Origin: Oopsacas minuta | Taxonomy: Eukaryota > Animalia > Porifera | DNA length: 64,000 bases | NCBI GenBank assembly: GCA_024704765.1 | Contig: JAKMXF010000166.1 | Span: forward strand, 304,699-368,698 | Direction: 5' to 3' | Shown here: in pieces, positions 19,781 to 32,104 of the stretch | Layout of the letters: every line of letters begins with the position of its first letter | Position numbering within the stretch: the first letter of the stretch is position 1 | Translations under genes and position numbers: made by a program | Notes under the pieces: model-generated | Told to the model about the DNA's origin: nothing | The model's input: only the letters and a program-made list of their open reading frames with translations | The model's database searches: none

Positions 19781-22258
19781 TGTTACACGCAAATCGTGAA
19801 AATGCCCATTTCATGCATTGGGCAAACAAATGCTCAATGAGTGAAATGAGCAATTGTATTGTCCATTTCATTGAATAGATATTTGGTTACTCATTTCATG
19901 TAATGGTCTTTCAAATTATTACACACTTCATGAAATGTGCAATGCTGTTTATCTAAAGATTTTCGAGAATATGTACTTATAATTCTATGAGGAAACATGA
20001 TAAGAAAACAAATTATATGAATGAGAAATGAGAAAATATTTAGGAAATAACTTGAGAAAACAACTTAGTCTGTCTGTTTTCAATACGTACTAATCTATGT
20101 TGTCACATGATCCTTTCCCATGACAAGCACTGTTGCATATTAGCCCTGCCTTTAAACAAGAGCAACGTTTTGTTAAACAATTGCTCTTGCAATGACATCT
20201 GCGAAATCCCTGATCACCACATATGCTCTGTGCTCGAACAATTTCGCGAATCGATAATTCTTCATCTGGTATGTGTTCCGAATTCAGTCCAGTAAATTTG
20301 ATAAATTCAACTTGATTTCTTGCAAGTCGGCCTCTTATTTTTGCAGTTCTAGTTCCTATTTGATAACCTCTCTGATCAAATTCCAAAACAATCCCAATTA
20401 TATTTGGTGGATCACCTTTGCTTCGATCAAACTGGGATACAGGCACAGCAACACTATCACCGATACGAAGAGGACGCAGGGTGCGAGTACTGCGTGCAAT
20501 CATTTTTTTGGCTTGTTTTTGGATACCTTTGCAAGCTTCTATTCGTGCACGTCTTGCCGGATGGCTATCATTTCCTCTAAAGTCCGAGAGTAGAGAATTA
20601 GAAACATTTGTATGATGCAATTCTGGATCTTTTCCTCGTATTAAATCACTAAGAATCTCTTCAGTACTGTCATTACCTAGTGGAGTTGTGGTACATGGAA
20701 ATATATGAGTACTTTCATTCTCCAGCGAAGATTCTGCCAGAGGGAGTAGATGAGTTCTCTCATTGTCCAGTGAAGATTCTGCCATTGGGAGTAGATGAGT
20801 TCTTTCATTGTCCAGTGAAGATTCTGCCATTGAGGGGGGTAGATGATTACTTTCAGCATCAGGATTGTCATTACCAGGTGAAACTATAGTTTCTGGATTA
20901 TTAGAATTAACATCTCCGTTTTCAACTTCACAGATTTGAATTTCAAGATCTTCCTCCAATATACCTGTAAATATTTTATCGAGAAAATCTGTTGGTAGAA
21001 TACTTTCAATCCACAACGTGGTCTGTTACCAGTCATTGCTTTATACGGTTCCATTCCTATTGCTTCATGATATGAAGTGTTCATAGACCATTGCACAAAA
21101 CGGATCCCATAGCTCCATTTGGATGTATTATTATCTCGCATCCAAGCCATCAATTGAGTCTTCATGTCACCATTGCTCCGCTCGACTGATCCTTGACTTT
21201 GGGGATGACGTGGACGTCCATTCACAAGAAGTTCTGGCCAAAGAGTTGAAAGTTCTTGAATCACTTGTCCCGTAAATTCACGACCATTATCTGATTGTAA
21301 GATATTTGGTGCACCAAAGTCTAGGAAAATCAAAAGCAATTGATTTGCAACTTCTGTAGCTGTTTTTCTTTGTAGAGGATGAATAACATGGAATTTTGTT
21401 AGATATTCCATGTAATGTAATATAATTCTGAAATTACCATCTTGGATTGTTTGCATATTAACAAGATCCACCTGGCCACGTTCATTTAAGTCTTTCACTG
21501 TTAGAGGACGTATAACTACGCCAGAAGCAGTCTCTCGTCTTGCTCTCTTCTCTGCACATCTTTCGCAACGTTTTATATATTCCTGGACAAGGTAACGCGG
21601 GGTATTGGCAAATTTATCTTGTATCTTTTGTGAGTTTTCTTTTCACCTCCATGGCCTGTTGCGATATGCATAGAAAATATTATATTAATAACTTCCTCTT
21701 TTGTTGCCATGTATTTTCCATTCCGCTTAGTAACCTCAGCAACAGATCCAATAGATACTAAGGAATAAACATTCAATATATTGTAACATTCTCTTGGAAG
21801 AGATTTTCCCGTTCTTCCACATCTCAAGACATCGACGACGTATTTTTCATAATTCTTATCCCATAGAGTTTGATTTTCTGCCACTATCTCCTCCATATCT
21901 ATGATTAATTCACCAAAAAGGAAAACGAAAGCATTGATGTTCCCGAATTGAGATCATTTATAAATGAAGAACGCTTTGATATGCACTCATAACTGCGTGT
22001 TATTAGGGCAACATTATATTCAATAAGGAAGAGTGTAATCATAATTGGTGTTGAAAATTGATTATTTATGAATAACATGTTACTAAGACAACAGCATTGC
22101 ACATTTCATGAAGTGTGTAATAATTTGAAAGACCATTACATGAAATGAGTAACCAAATATCTATTCAATGAAATGGACAATACAATTGCTCATTTCACTC
22201 ATTGAGCATTTGTTTCCCCAATGCATGAAATGGGCATTTTCACGATTTGCTTGTAACA
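19781..22258 (-). mobile_element. Full-length Ginger-type (KRBA2/SCAND3-like integrase) DNA transposon
   Basis: 169-bp TIRs (19781-19949 / 22090-22258) with TGT...ACA termini and a 4-bp TSD TATA on both sides; integrase coding sequence inside. Confidence 0.9.
20090..21896 (-). pseudogene. Ginger transposase (HHCC + DDE integrase + C-terminal CXC), split by two frameshifts
   Basis: H..TGHGG...CERC zinc motif, RGQVDL, LQSDNGREF, PRHPQSQGSVERSN and a C-terminal CHCKSNCLTKRCSCLKAG..CNSACH. The pieces are in three frames, joined by 1-nt shifts near 21620 and 21005. Confidence 0.88.
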
Positions 22259-22439
22259 TATATATTGTATGGGTCAAAGAGTAACGAGATGACACGATTA
22301 CGATACGGTACAATTAATATTTTAAGACGAGACGGCTTGTTCATTACAACTCTCCAATACAGGCTGGATCATACGCAGCACATAGAGATAGTATTAAAAT
22401 TACGGTTAATTGGGTTTCCAAAAAAATAATAATAATAAG

Positions 22440-23020
22440 AAAATTTCAAACGTCAGGTACACAACTAGAGGTCATGAGTGTACATGCCAAATTTCGTGTT
22501 TTAATCTCTAAAGATGTGAACAGGAGAGCGTACGTAAATATACCTATACAGGTCAACCTCCGAGATACAGCACAATCCCATTCCAACGATTGATTTTCCT
22601 ATACAAATTGTACTTCTTAAACCTCTGAGATAGGGCACCTCCGAGATGCGGCAATCTTCTGAAATTACAAATAAATCACACATAGTAATACCATTCATAA
22701 ATAATTTTACAAATATGCAGTTAAAACTTCCACAATTAATATTCTAACTTATCTAATTGTAGAAATTTAGAAATAAGAGGAGTCAGTCTGAAGACAGGGT
22801 TACCACAATATCCTTCATTTTATCTATTTAAATCTTAGTTTCATACAGATTATAGACACATGTAATCGGTATTCAATAACTATTAGTAACTTATCTATTA
22901 TTGTAAACATCGATCTTTCGGCCTTAAAATAGTATATTAAGCGAGTATAAGGGCAACCTCTGAGATATGGCACAAATTATTCTCCCGATGACTCCGTATC
23001 TCGAAAATTTACCTGTAAGT
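22440..23020. repeat. Probable non-autonomous element relic with ACCTC(C/T)GAGAT sub-repeats
   Basis: The motif recurs at about 22555, 22622, 22638 and 22956; ends not defined. Confidence 0.3.
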
Positions 23021-23195
23021 CAACCATTTTAGTACTGAGCCACTACATATAGCACAGTCGGAACAGTAAATATAAATATCTACCAATAATGTGTGACAAT
23101 GTAATCGCTGCATATGACATTATGTTTGGGCCTAGATTTATAATTAACTTACTTCTGTAGTTGTTTGAGTACAAAAGAATTACTAATACTACAAA

Positions 23196-23639
23196 ATGTT
23201 CAAATTTTTCTTTTTGGTAAACAAGCAAGGTCAGACTCGTCTTGCACAATACTACGATAATACACCAGCTGAAGAAAGGGTAGTATTAGAAGCGGAAATT
23301 GTAAGAAAATGTTTAGGAAGAAATGAAGATAAATGTTCCTTTTTCGAGATGAAAGGTTTTAATATTATTTTCCGAAGATATGCAGCTTTATATTTCATAG
23401 CAGGAGTCACAGCTGAGGAAAATGAATTAGCTATTTTGGAATTCATCCACAATTTAGTTGAGACTTTTGACAAATACTTTGACAGCGTATGCGAACTTGA
23501 TATAATGTTCAACTTGGACAAAGCTTACATGATTCTTGACGAAATGATCTTGGATGGAGAAATATTCGAAACGAACAGGTCTAGAGTGTTGGCACCTGTT
23601 AAACAACTCGAGAGAGATATGTTTAACAAGACAACTTAG
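23196..23639 (+). CDS. AP4S1: AP-4 complex subunit sigma
   Basis: MFKFFFLVNKQGQTRL..YY, RRYAALYF, ENELAILEFIHNLVE, CELDIMFNLDK, ETNRSRVLAP match AP4 sigma; intronless. Confidence 0.93.
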   Translation: MFKFFFLVNKQGQTRLAQYYDNTPAEERVVLEAEIVRKCLGRNEDKCSFFEMKGFNIIFRRYAALYFIAGVTAEENELAILEFIHNLVETFDKYFDSVCELDIMFNLDKAYMILDEMILDGEIFETNRSRVLAPVKQLERDMFNKTT

Positions 23640-23980
23640 TTATTATATTAACTATTGCTTGATATTTGTGTAATTTGGTGTTAAGATTTATTACAAGTAA
23701 ACAAATTACGCCATATAAGGAATAATCACACATAAACCAAGGTTGCTTGCAACCAAATAGTTCAATATTCAGTTAAACCGAATTTCAGTATTCGGTATTC
23801 AGTTAGATTAATCAAACCGAGTATTATCAAAATTCGTTATCGTATTCGTATTCGGTAATGCAGCTAGACATTTTGGAGGGAAGGAGGGAGAGAATTTCGA
23901 TAAAGAAAGGACAGATTAAACTTATCCAAATCACCGCGATTTAGACAACTAAAATAAAAGTCTAAATGGCACAAAAAGAA

Positions 23981-24170
23981 TGGCGGAAAGTTGGTCTCGG
24001 GCAAGGTGGTTTCGGAAATTTGGTCGCGGAAGCATCCAAGCAGGTATAGACACTAATTCAGGGAAAATCCCCATTACAACCTAGCCAGCAGTGACTCAAA
24101 AGACATGGAAGAACTAGGAATTTCTGAGCCAATTTTTCGTGGAAATTCTTCCGCGACCATCTTTCCGTCA
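23981..24170. mobile_element. MITE, same family as 10311-10441
   Basis: TGGCGGAAAGTTGG...CCATCTTTCCGTCA termini and shared internal motif. Confidence 0.6.
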
Positions 24171-24590
24171 ACGGCACAGAATGTTTTCCGGTGACGGGCC
24201 ATTTTCCAGTCTACTCGTCCATTATTTCCTATGCTATACGGAACGGCTCGTGAACTTTTTGCGATGCTTGATGTCAGGCCTCCTCTATACCCATTTTTCT
24301 GGGAAACGGAAACGTTGGTAGACCCATTATTGACTTATTGTCCTAACACATTTGAATACCAGAAAATATTATGTAGAATAGGACTAGTGTACTTAATAAA
24401 TTAAGGCCCTTGTTAAATTCATAGGTAATTTGTTTCAGCTCTACATGATATCCGTCTGGCCGGCTTTTCATTATCATTCATTGTTTTATTTCTTATCAGA
24501 ATACAACATGACCAATTTGCAGAAAGATTTAGACTACTTTGAAATAATTGTATAATTTGTACATACATAGCATATATAAAGTTATAAACT

Positions 24591-26304
24591 ATGAAACGTG
24601 GTATAAACATATTGAGAACTCGTTCCAGGATAGAGCTGATTAATGACACACTTCGTGCTATAGCAGGTAACTCCTGCAGATGTCCTGCTCATTCACCAGG
24701 TCTATCAAATAGTTCTCTGTCTCCTCAACACAGACATGTGTCATCCTCTGACAATATCTCTACAGACTACGCATATGAGGTAGCTTCCTCTAATGTACGT
24801 ATAGGTAGAGGTGCTACGAGGGAGGTTGGTAAGGATTTAGTGAATAGAGGTGTGAAACGAGTTATGCTATTCACTGATAAGAACTTGATGCTACAAACTC
24901 CATTCTCAGCGACAGAGAAAGCTCTCAGAGATGAGAATATAGAGTTTGATGTATTCAGTGAGGTAATGTTAGAGGAATTGTATCTTTACGAATATCTTTC
25001 TATTTATCCATGGTTTATAGGTACGAGTAGAACCTACAGATTATAGCTTTAAAGAAGCTATCGACAGAGCTCAGCTAGGACAGTATGAAGGGTTCGTAGC
25101 AGTAGGAGGAGGTTCTGTAATGGATACTGCTAAAGTAGCTAGATTATTTGATATGTATCCAGAGAAGGATTTCTTAGATTTCGTTAATCAACCTATTGGT
25201 AAAGGAGAGCCTATTTTGAGACAGTTGAAACCTCTCATTTGCATTCCTACCACATCAGGAACTGGCAGTGAGACTACTGGGATGGCAATATTTGACTTAA
25301 AATCCATGAATGCTAAAACTGGATTTTCTAATAGAGCTTTATGCCCTACGCTTGCTATTGTAGATCCCCTTAATACTCTGTCAATGCCTAAGAACGTAGC
25401 TATCTACTCGGGTCTAGATGTATTATGTCATGCATGCGAGTCTTACACTGCTATTCCTTATTATAAGAGATCTCCTGTACCAGTTAATCCTATGCTAAGA
25501 CCAGCTCATCAAGGTAGAAATCCTATATCTGATATTTGGGCAGTGGAAGCTCTCAAGTAAGTTATTCCTGTTCTCGCTGTCAAAACAGATTTGTTGGTGA
25601 CGTCAAACAAATGCATTCAGGGCTGTTTTTGTGAGATAAATTAACTATAAAAGGATACAATTGGCTAGTTCCTGAGTAGCTGTTATTTCGTTGTACAATC
25701 CTATAGATTGATAAACAAATATTTCCTACGTTCAGTTGACACTATTGAAGATGAGGAAGCTTCTGCTCAAATGAGTTTCGCATCTGTCTTGGGTGGGATA
25801 GGATTCGGTAATGCAGGTGTCCATTTGTGTCATGCAATTTCATACGCAATATCTGGCTCTGTGAGGAAGTTCTGTCCTCCAGGCTACTCACCTGATCACC
25901 CTATAATTCCGCACGGTCTATCTGTCATCATGACTGCTCCTGCTGTTTTCAATGAGATAGGATATGTAGAGCCAGACAGGTGCATTCAGCTGGCTGGACT
26001 TTTAGGTGAATTTGCTTATTGTCAGTTAGAATAATTTATATCTACGAGTTTATATCTAGGTGCTAGGATCAATAACATCAAAACAGAGGATGCAGGTCGA
26101 TGTCTATCAGATCATCTGTGTAAACTAATGAACAAACTAGACATACCTAACGGTCTCTCAGCTCTGGGATTCTCTCCAGAGGATATTCCTATGTTGGTGA
26201 AGAAAACCTTACCCCAGGAAAGATTAACTAAACTCAGTTCAAATCCGGTAACGCCATCTCTTCTAGAGAGTATTATACACAAGTCAATGAATGTATACAA
26301 CTAA
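24591..26304 (+). CDS. ADHFE1: Hydroxyacid-oxoacid transhydrogenase, mitochondrial; join(24591..24962,25021..25556,25707..26005,26060..26304), about 483 aa
   Basis: TDYAYEVASSNVRIGRG, VAVGGGSVMDTAK, IPTTSGTGSETTG, DVLCHACESYTA, GNAGVHLCH..SY, IIPHGLSV. GT-AG introns of 58, 150 and 54 bp restore a continuous frame. Confidence 0.95.
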
Positions 26305-26497
26305 TTCTTACATATGCCCTTATTGAAGTCGATACCTTTTATTTTAACGATTAGCATTTGTTATTTTACGAATTACGACAATCCTTATTTTCACTTTGAA
26401 AATGATAAAAATACTTTCGCGTTTATATTACAAAATTTTGTTATAAGTTGCTTTGAGTGATTTATTTATCAAAATTATTCTTGCAATTTAGCACCAA

Positions 26498-28234
26498 ATG
26501 GCGAATAAGAGTAGCGTAATTGCAAAATCAATATTTTTTGGTGGAAATATCTTGACAATGGAAGATAGTCTCCCTGAAGTAGAATCTATTGCAGTACTAG
26601 ATGGTGTAATATTAGCTCTTGGCTCGCTTTCAGATGTAATGAAATTCGCTGGAGATGAAACAGAGTTTATTTATCTCAACAAAAATACTCTGCTTCCAGG
26701 TTTCATAGAACCACATCAACATGCTATAAACCGTATTAAAGAATCCTGTCAATCAATCAATATAGGAGCTTATTACTGCAAAACTGCAGAAGAAGTAATA
26801 AACAAAATCCGAGTTGAAGTCAATTCAGTACTCCCTAATGCAGATAAGGTACCTACCCCATGGTGCATATTCACAGGATGGGATCCAGAGCTCGTACCAA
26901 ACCTTCCTAAATTGAATGCTGATTTTATTGAGAAAGAATTTTCATCTGTCATCCCGATACTTATCATAGCACAAAATTTACATTCAAGTTTTGTAAACAG
27001 AAAAATATTCGAAATAACCAACATTACAAAAGATTATAAATCAAAACCAGATGACTTTCTTACTGACAGCAATGGTGAATTAACAGGAGAGATTAAGAAA
27101 GCTACCAATTCATTCTTATTAATAAGTAAGGCACCACCTGCTTCTGAATCCCGATTAGCTTATGCTATAACCAGAATATATCGAGACTATTCGTCTCGTG
27201 GATATACAACTGTTACTGAGTTAGCTTACGAGCCTAATAAAGTGATTGATGAGTTGATTAAAAGCGTGGCATCGAGAAGAGATTGTCCAGTACGACTTGC
27301 TTTATATCAGAAAGAAGATATTACTAAAGATATTTCAGAGCTCCATCCCATTAATTCACCTGATATTGACAAGTTATGGCTGGCAGGTGTTAAACTATGG
27401 GCTGATGGATCCCCTCATTCTGGGACTATGGCTGTAAGAGAACCTTATCTTAAATCTACTCTAACAGATTTCCTATCTTTCCCAAAAGCACCAAACTACG
27501 GTCACTTAACTTTCTCTACTGATACACTTTATCATAAAGTTTGTTTCTATCACAAATTAGGCTTACAAATAGCTATACACGCTCAAGGGGAGAGAGCTAT
27601 CGAGCAGGTATTGGACGTATATCAGCGTGTTATTCCTGCTAAAGATAATAGAATTCGTCATCGAATTGAGCATTTAGGGTTAGCAACAGAAAAACAACTT
27701 GCTTTATGTGAGAAACTTGGAATTTGTCCTTCATTTTTCGTAGATCAGCTACGTGTATATGGTTCTACTTTTAGCGAGTATTTATTGGGTGCAGACCGTA
27801 CCAACAGATGGTCTCCACTAGCTACAGCTATTAAGCTAGGTTGTACTATATCCATACACCAGGATAATCCAGCTTTTCCTGGTCCCCCTCTACCATTCAG
27901 TAACATTAAGACTGCAGTTACTAGAAGTGAAGCAAAAGGAGATAAAATGGTACATGGAGAATCTGAACGTATATCTGTACATGAAGCGATTAAAGCGTGC
28001 ACTATAGGACCGGCTTGGCAGTTGTTTCGCGAGGATAAGCTTGGTAGTTTAAAGGTTGGAAAATTCGCAGATTTTGTAATTCTCACACAAAATCCTTATA
28101 CGGTATCTGGTGATGAGTTAGGAGAAATTCAGGTAGTAGAGACTTACATTGGAGGATATTGTAATGGATTTAGCACCAAGAATGATATGAAAATTCCTTC
28201 TTTAAGGATATTAGAATCTACAAATGCTCATTAG
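26498..28234 (+). CDS. Amidohydrolase family 3 (YtcJ-like) metal-dependent hydrolase
   Basis: LLPGFIEPHQH, GVKLWADGS, IAIHAQGERAI, RHRIEH, SIHQDNP, ISVHEAIKACT..AWQ, GSLKVGKFADFVIL; intronless. Confidence 0.9.
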   Translation: MANKSSVIAKSIFFGGNILTMEDSLPEVESIAVLDGVILALGSLSDVMKFAGDETEFIYLNKNTLLPGFIEPHQHAINRIKESCQSINIGAYYCKTAEEVINKIRVEVNSVLPNADKVPTPWCIFTGWDPELVPNLPKLNADFIEKEFSSVIPILIIAQNLHSSFVNRKIFEITNITKDYKSKPDDFLTDSNGELTGEIKKATNSFLLISKAPPASESRLAYAITRIYRDYSSRGYTTVTELAYEPNKVIDELIKSVASRRDCPVRLALYQKEDITKDISELHPINSPDIDKLWLAGVKLWADGSPHSGTMAVREPYLKSTLTDFLSFPKAPNYGHLTFSTDTLYHKVCFYHKLGLQIAIHAQGERAIEQVLDVYQRVIPAKDNRIRHRIEHLGLATEKQLALCEKLGICPSFFVDQLRVYGSTFSEYLLGADRTNRWSPLATAIKLGCTISIHQDNPAFPGPPLPFSNIKTAVTRSEAKGDKMVHGESERISVHEAIKACTIGPAWQLFREDKLGSLKVGKFADFVILTQNPYTVSGDELGEIQVVETYIGGYCNGFSTKNDMKIPSLRILESTNAH

Positions 28235-28399
28235 ATATTATTATTGCTATTCTTTAGGGGTTGAATTATTCTCAGATGGTTATACGATACTGTGCTGATT
28301 ATATGTTTGACTTAGTTCGTAGTAGGCACAGGCATTAAATAGTCAATTGATTCTGGTGGAGTTTATTATTTGTATTCGTATTAGTCTAGTACCATTTCT

Positions 28400-29100
28400 T
28401 GAATTTTAGAGCTGTTAAGGATGACTGACAACTACCTTAACAATTTTAATTAATTCCTAATTTGTTTTAGAGAATTTAATTACGTCATTAAGTCCCCAAT
28501 CGCTTACAAACACCTGTTCGTTATTCACTTCGGTGCCCTGTGACTGATCTTGCAAGAACTTACCCTCTGTAGAGAAGATCTGCATTCTTCTATTCTCTCC
28601 ATCTAAGGCTATTACAGTAGAAAAATCCAATTTTCCTTCCTCACGCCATATTTCCAATTATTCTGATCGGCTCAACATTGTTCCTTTAGAGACAATAGAG
28701 TCCAGCTACGCCCTGAATTTCCCCAACTTCTCCAGCTGTTCTAAGAGAGAGTCTAGACTTTCAGTGTGGAAGAAAGGAATTGGGATAGGTACTTGATCAA
28801 CGTATTTTTCTTTTCTTCTTCCAATTCTTTACATGCTCCTCTTGGAGTTTGAGGATAGTATTTTGAAGAATAGTAGTCTTTTTTACTTGTTTGATAGATT
28901 CTCCACATCTTCTATTTGTTTCTGTCTTGTTCCTTCCTTCTTTTGATATCTATCACGAGGTTGAATACGATACTGTATGTAATGTTATGAAGTTACTTTC
29001 AGATACTGAGATTCAGTTACACTACATTTGGTATTCACGATTTATTGATTTCATTATGAGCGACAAGATGTGGTACAGTCTACAACCTTTGGACAATGTT
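28400..29100 (-). pseudogene. Degraded coiled-coil + NHL-repeat gene
   Basis: NHL-like fragments (IALDGENRRMQIFSTEGKFL; VFVSDWGLNDVIKF) preceded by broken coiled-coil-like frames; similar architecture to 35539..36747. Confidence 0.55.
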
Positions 29101-29442
29101 TTAAAATTTTCGAAAAGATCTAATTGTATCAGATTCTACTGTGAACAAATTACATAATATTCTATATTACACATATTAATCTTTCATCGTTTATAGAACT
29201 TTCGAAAACATTTCCTCCCAGATTCTATAGTATTATTCAATTCATTTCACTAATCCGAACGAATTATTTTGTAATTGAAACACTCCCGAATATTACAAAC
29301 TTTAATAAACCATTACGACGTTATTAACCAGCTTACCCTTGCTTATTTGGAAAATTACTGTATTTATACGTATATAAATATTTGACTCATAATTTACATT
29401 CTTGCTAGGAAACAATTCGAAACAAGTAATTATTCATCTAAT

Positions 29443-31551
29443 ATGAGTTTTGTAACAGAAGAATCTGATATGACATTAGACTGTTCTCTAATTTCAAATA
29501 TGGAAGATAGTCTAGAAGATCCAGATGTTTCAAATCAGAGTATTTCAGATAAAGCTCTTGAAATGTCAGAAATACCTGCAACACCCAATTTACAAACATT
29601 TCATTTCGATCCAGAAATGTTCGACCGTGAAGACGAAAGCACTGAAGAAGCGAAAAGAGAAATAAAAAATGTATTCTCTTTCTTAGACAGAAAGAATTTG
29701 AAAACGACATATTCCGCACTAATGAAAGAACTTGATATCCCATCAAATTATGATAATATAAATTCAGTACAAGGAATTAATTCTATTACAGATACAGTCT
29801 TATCAACATTTGAAGCACAAGCAGATAAATATTCCAGTAGATATTCAAACTTGTGTCAGTTTATAAATCGATCTCTTGAAACACATCGTTTTGAGCTGTC
29901 TCGTTTTCTCTATCCAATATTTGTTCATTTCTACATCTACTTGATACAAGAGGGAAATATCCAAGCAGCTAAATCATTCTTTAAACAGCATTACTTATCA
30001 CTAGATGATTTCTACAGAGATGATCTGCGCCATCTCTTAAGTATATCACAAGTAGAACACCTGGAAACCAGTCAGTACACACTTAATTTCCAAAGAGAAA
30101 AGTTCTCTATTCGTATTTCCTCACAAACTGAGCAGTTATTAATGAGATATTTGCATTCAGAGACTGCTAACCCAATCCTCAACACACTCAGTAATAATGT
30201 TTCAATTGACTTATACGATGGACCTCCACGTAATGTACATGATGTTTCTAAGCACACGGGTGCCTTAATGGGAGAGACCGCACCATCTGTAAATCGATCT
30301 AAGGTGCTGTATGGTGTCCCTACTGATCAGAATTTTCTAGAATTTCTAGAACAAGAAGCTAACGAAGCTGAAAAGAAGAAAAAACATAAATTATTACAGA
30401 ACCTTTCTCCACACAAAAAGAATAAGCAAGTTTCTATTCCCAATTCACCACAGCCTACACGTATTCCTGTACCAATTAAACAGGAGAGAGAAATACAATC
30501 TAAAGAACCTCTATTCAGAGCCTGGTTACAACAAGCTCATCTCTCTGCTACTGAACTTCCTTGTATTTGTTTCTATTCCTTCCTTAACTGTTATGAAAAT
30601 GTTATTTCTATTTCCATCAATCCTCCAGGCTCTCTCATTTGTGTGGGATTTTCAGACTCAAAGATTCGTATCTGGGCTCTCACTCCTTTGAAACTTCGCA
30701 GTCTCAAGGCTCCCGATTTGCTAGCAGATCTCCCACAGACAAATGAAGACTGTACCTTTGATCAAATAATAGACGAATCATCTACAAAAGAAGTACAGGT
30801 ATTACTTGGTCACACAGGTCCTGTATTTTCCACTTGTTTCAGTCCTGACTCTAGTCTGCTAATCTCTGCTAGTGAAGACGGTACTGTTCGTCTCTGGTCT
30901 CTTCACACATTCACTCAGTTGGTCTGTTATCGAGGTCACGTGTTCCCGGTCTGGTCAGTGGAGTTCTCTCCTCTCGGCTTCTACTTTGCAAGTTCTTCTC
31001 ATGACACCACACTACGAATATGGAGTACTGATCAGATACTACCTGTACGTGTGCTAGCTGGTCACTATAGTGACGTAGATGTGTGTAAATTCCATCCAAA
31101 CGGTAACTACATAGCTTCAGGCTCTTCTGATAGAACTGTGCGCTTATGGGATGTCCTGGATGGTAAATGTGTGCGAATATTCACAGGTCATAAAGGTACT
31201 GTACACACCCTTGCATTCTCTACTGATGGGAAATGTCTAGCTAGTGCAGGCAGGGATAACCGTGTTCTGGTATGGGATATCCCTTCAGGGGGAATGATGG
31301 TAGAGTTAAAAGGTCACGCAGGGTGTGTCTACTCTCTAGCCTTCAGTAGAGATGATAATATACTAGCTTCTGGTGGTATGGATAATTGTGTTAAATTATG
31401 GGATATGAGATTAATTCTAAACAGTTCTGATAGTGATAGAGCTTCTTATAAGTTTGTTATCAAATCTTTCTATACAAAGTCCTCTGCGATAAATATGTTG
31501 TCTTTCAATTTCTCGAATGTATTGATTGCTGCTGGTATTTACACCAATTAG
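29443..31551 (+). CDS. TAF5: Transcription initiation factor TFIID subunit 5
   Basis: NTD2 (FELSRFLYPIFVHFYIYLI) plus WD40 repeats typical of TAF5 (LLGHTGPVFSTCFSPD..ISASEDGTVRLWSL; GHYSDVDVCKFHPNGNYIASGSSDRTVRLWD); intronless. Confidence 0.95.
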   Translation: MSFVTEESDMTLDCSLISNMEDSLEDPDVSNQSISDKALEMSEIPATPNLQTFHFDPEMFDREDESTEEAKREIKNVFSFLDRKNLKTTYSALMKELDIPSNYDNINSVQGINSITDTVLSTFEAQADKYSSRYSNLCQFINRSLETHRFELSRFLYPIFVHFYIYLIQEGNIQAAKSFFKQHYLSLDDFYRDDLRHLLSISQVEHLETSQYTLNFQREKFSIRISSQTEQLLMRYLHSETANPILNTLSNNVSIDLYDGPPRNVHDVSKHTGALMGETAPSVNRSKVLYGVPTDQNFLEFLEQEANEAEKKKKHKLLQNLSPHKKNKQVSIPNSPQPTRIPVPIKQEREIQSKEPLFRAWLQQAHLSATELPCICFYSFLNCYENVISISINPPGSLICVGFSDSKIRIWALTPLKLRSLKAPDLLADLPQTNEDCTFDQIIDESSTKEVQVLLGHTGPVFSTCFSPDSSLLISASEDGTVRLWSLHTFTQLVCYRGHVFPVWSVEFSPLGFYFASSSHDTTLRIWSTDQILPVRVLAGHYSDVDVCKFHPNGNYIASGSSDRTVRLWDVLDGKCVRIFTGHKGTVHTLAFSTDGKCLASAGRDNRVLVWDIPSGGMMVELKGHAGCVYSLAFSRDDNILASGGMDNCVKLWDMRLILNSSDSDRASYKFVIKSFYTKSSAINMLSFNFSNVLIAAGIYTN

Positions 31552-31690
31552 AAATTGACTATTCAACTTGTATATTGATGCGGATCGGGGCATAAACATT
31601 TTATCCGTCGTATCGGGAGTTCACTATATGATCGATTAGGACCGACCATATCGGATCTGGTCCTTAATTAGGAGAGCATTAATTTTAATA

Positions 31691-31775
31691 CAGTGGAACC
31701 TGCATAATCCGACGCTCGTTGGGACATGAAAATGCCGTGTTATTATAGAGGTGTCGGATATTGTAGTTTCCACTG
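31691..31775. mobile_element. Tc1/pogo-type MITE
   Basis: TIRs CAGTGGAACCTGCATAATCCGAC / GTCGGATATTGTAGTTTCCACTG; TA on both sides. Confidence 0.75.
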
Positions 31776-32104
31776 TACGTATACGTATACCCTTATGAAT
31801 TTTTTACCTGCACTACTCATTAATTCATATTTGGCAGCGACAGCCAAGACTGATCCTATATTTTTAGGTGATGTATATACTCTATACTCTATAGTACATT
31901 GCCCTCTGTGTGAATAATTATAATTACATAATATATGAACTTTTTTGGTCAATAATACACCCCGTTCAATGAACTAAACAAAATTCCTTTACATAACTGA
32001 CTGAGGCCAATTAAGCAGTATGACTCATGGTTAAGTTAAATTAGAACAAATTTTCATGACATATCTTAACTGTTTATCTCTTCTTCAGTAATCTTACATA
32101 ACTA

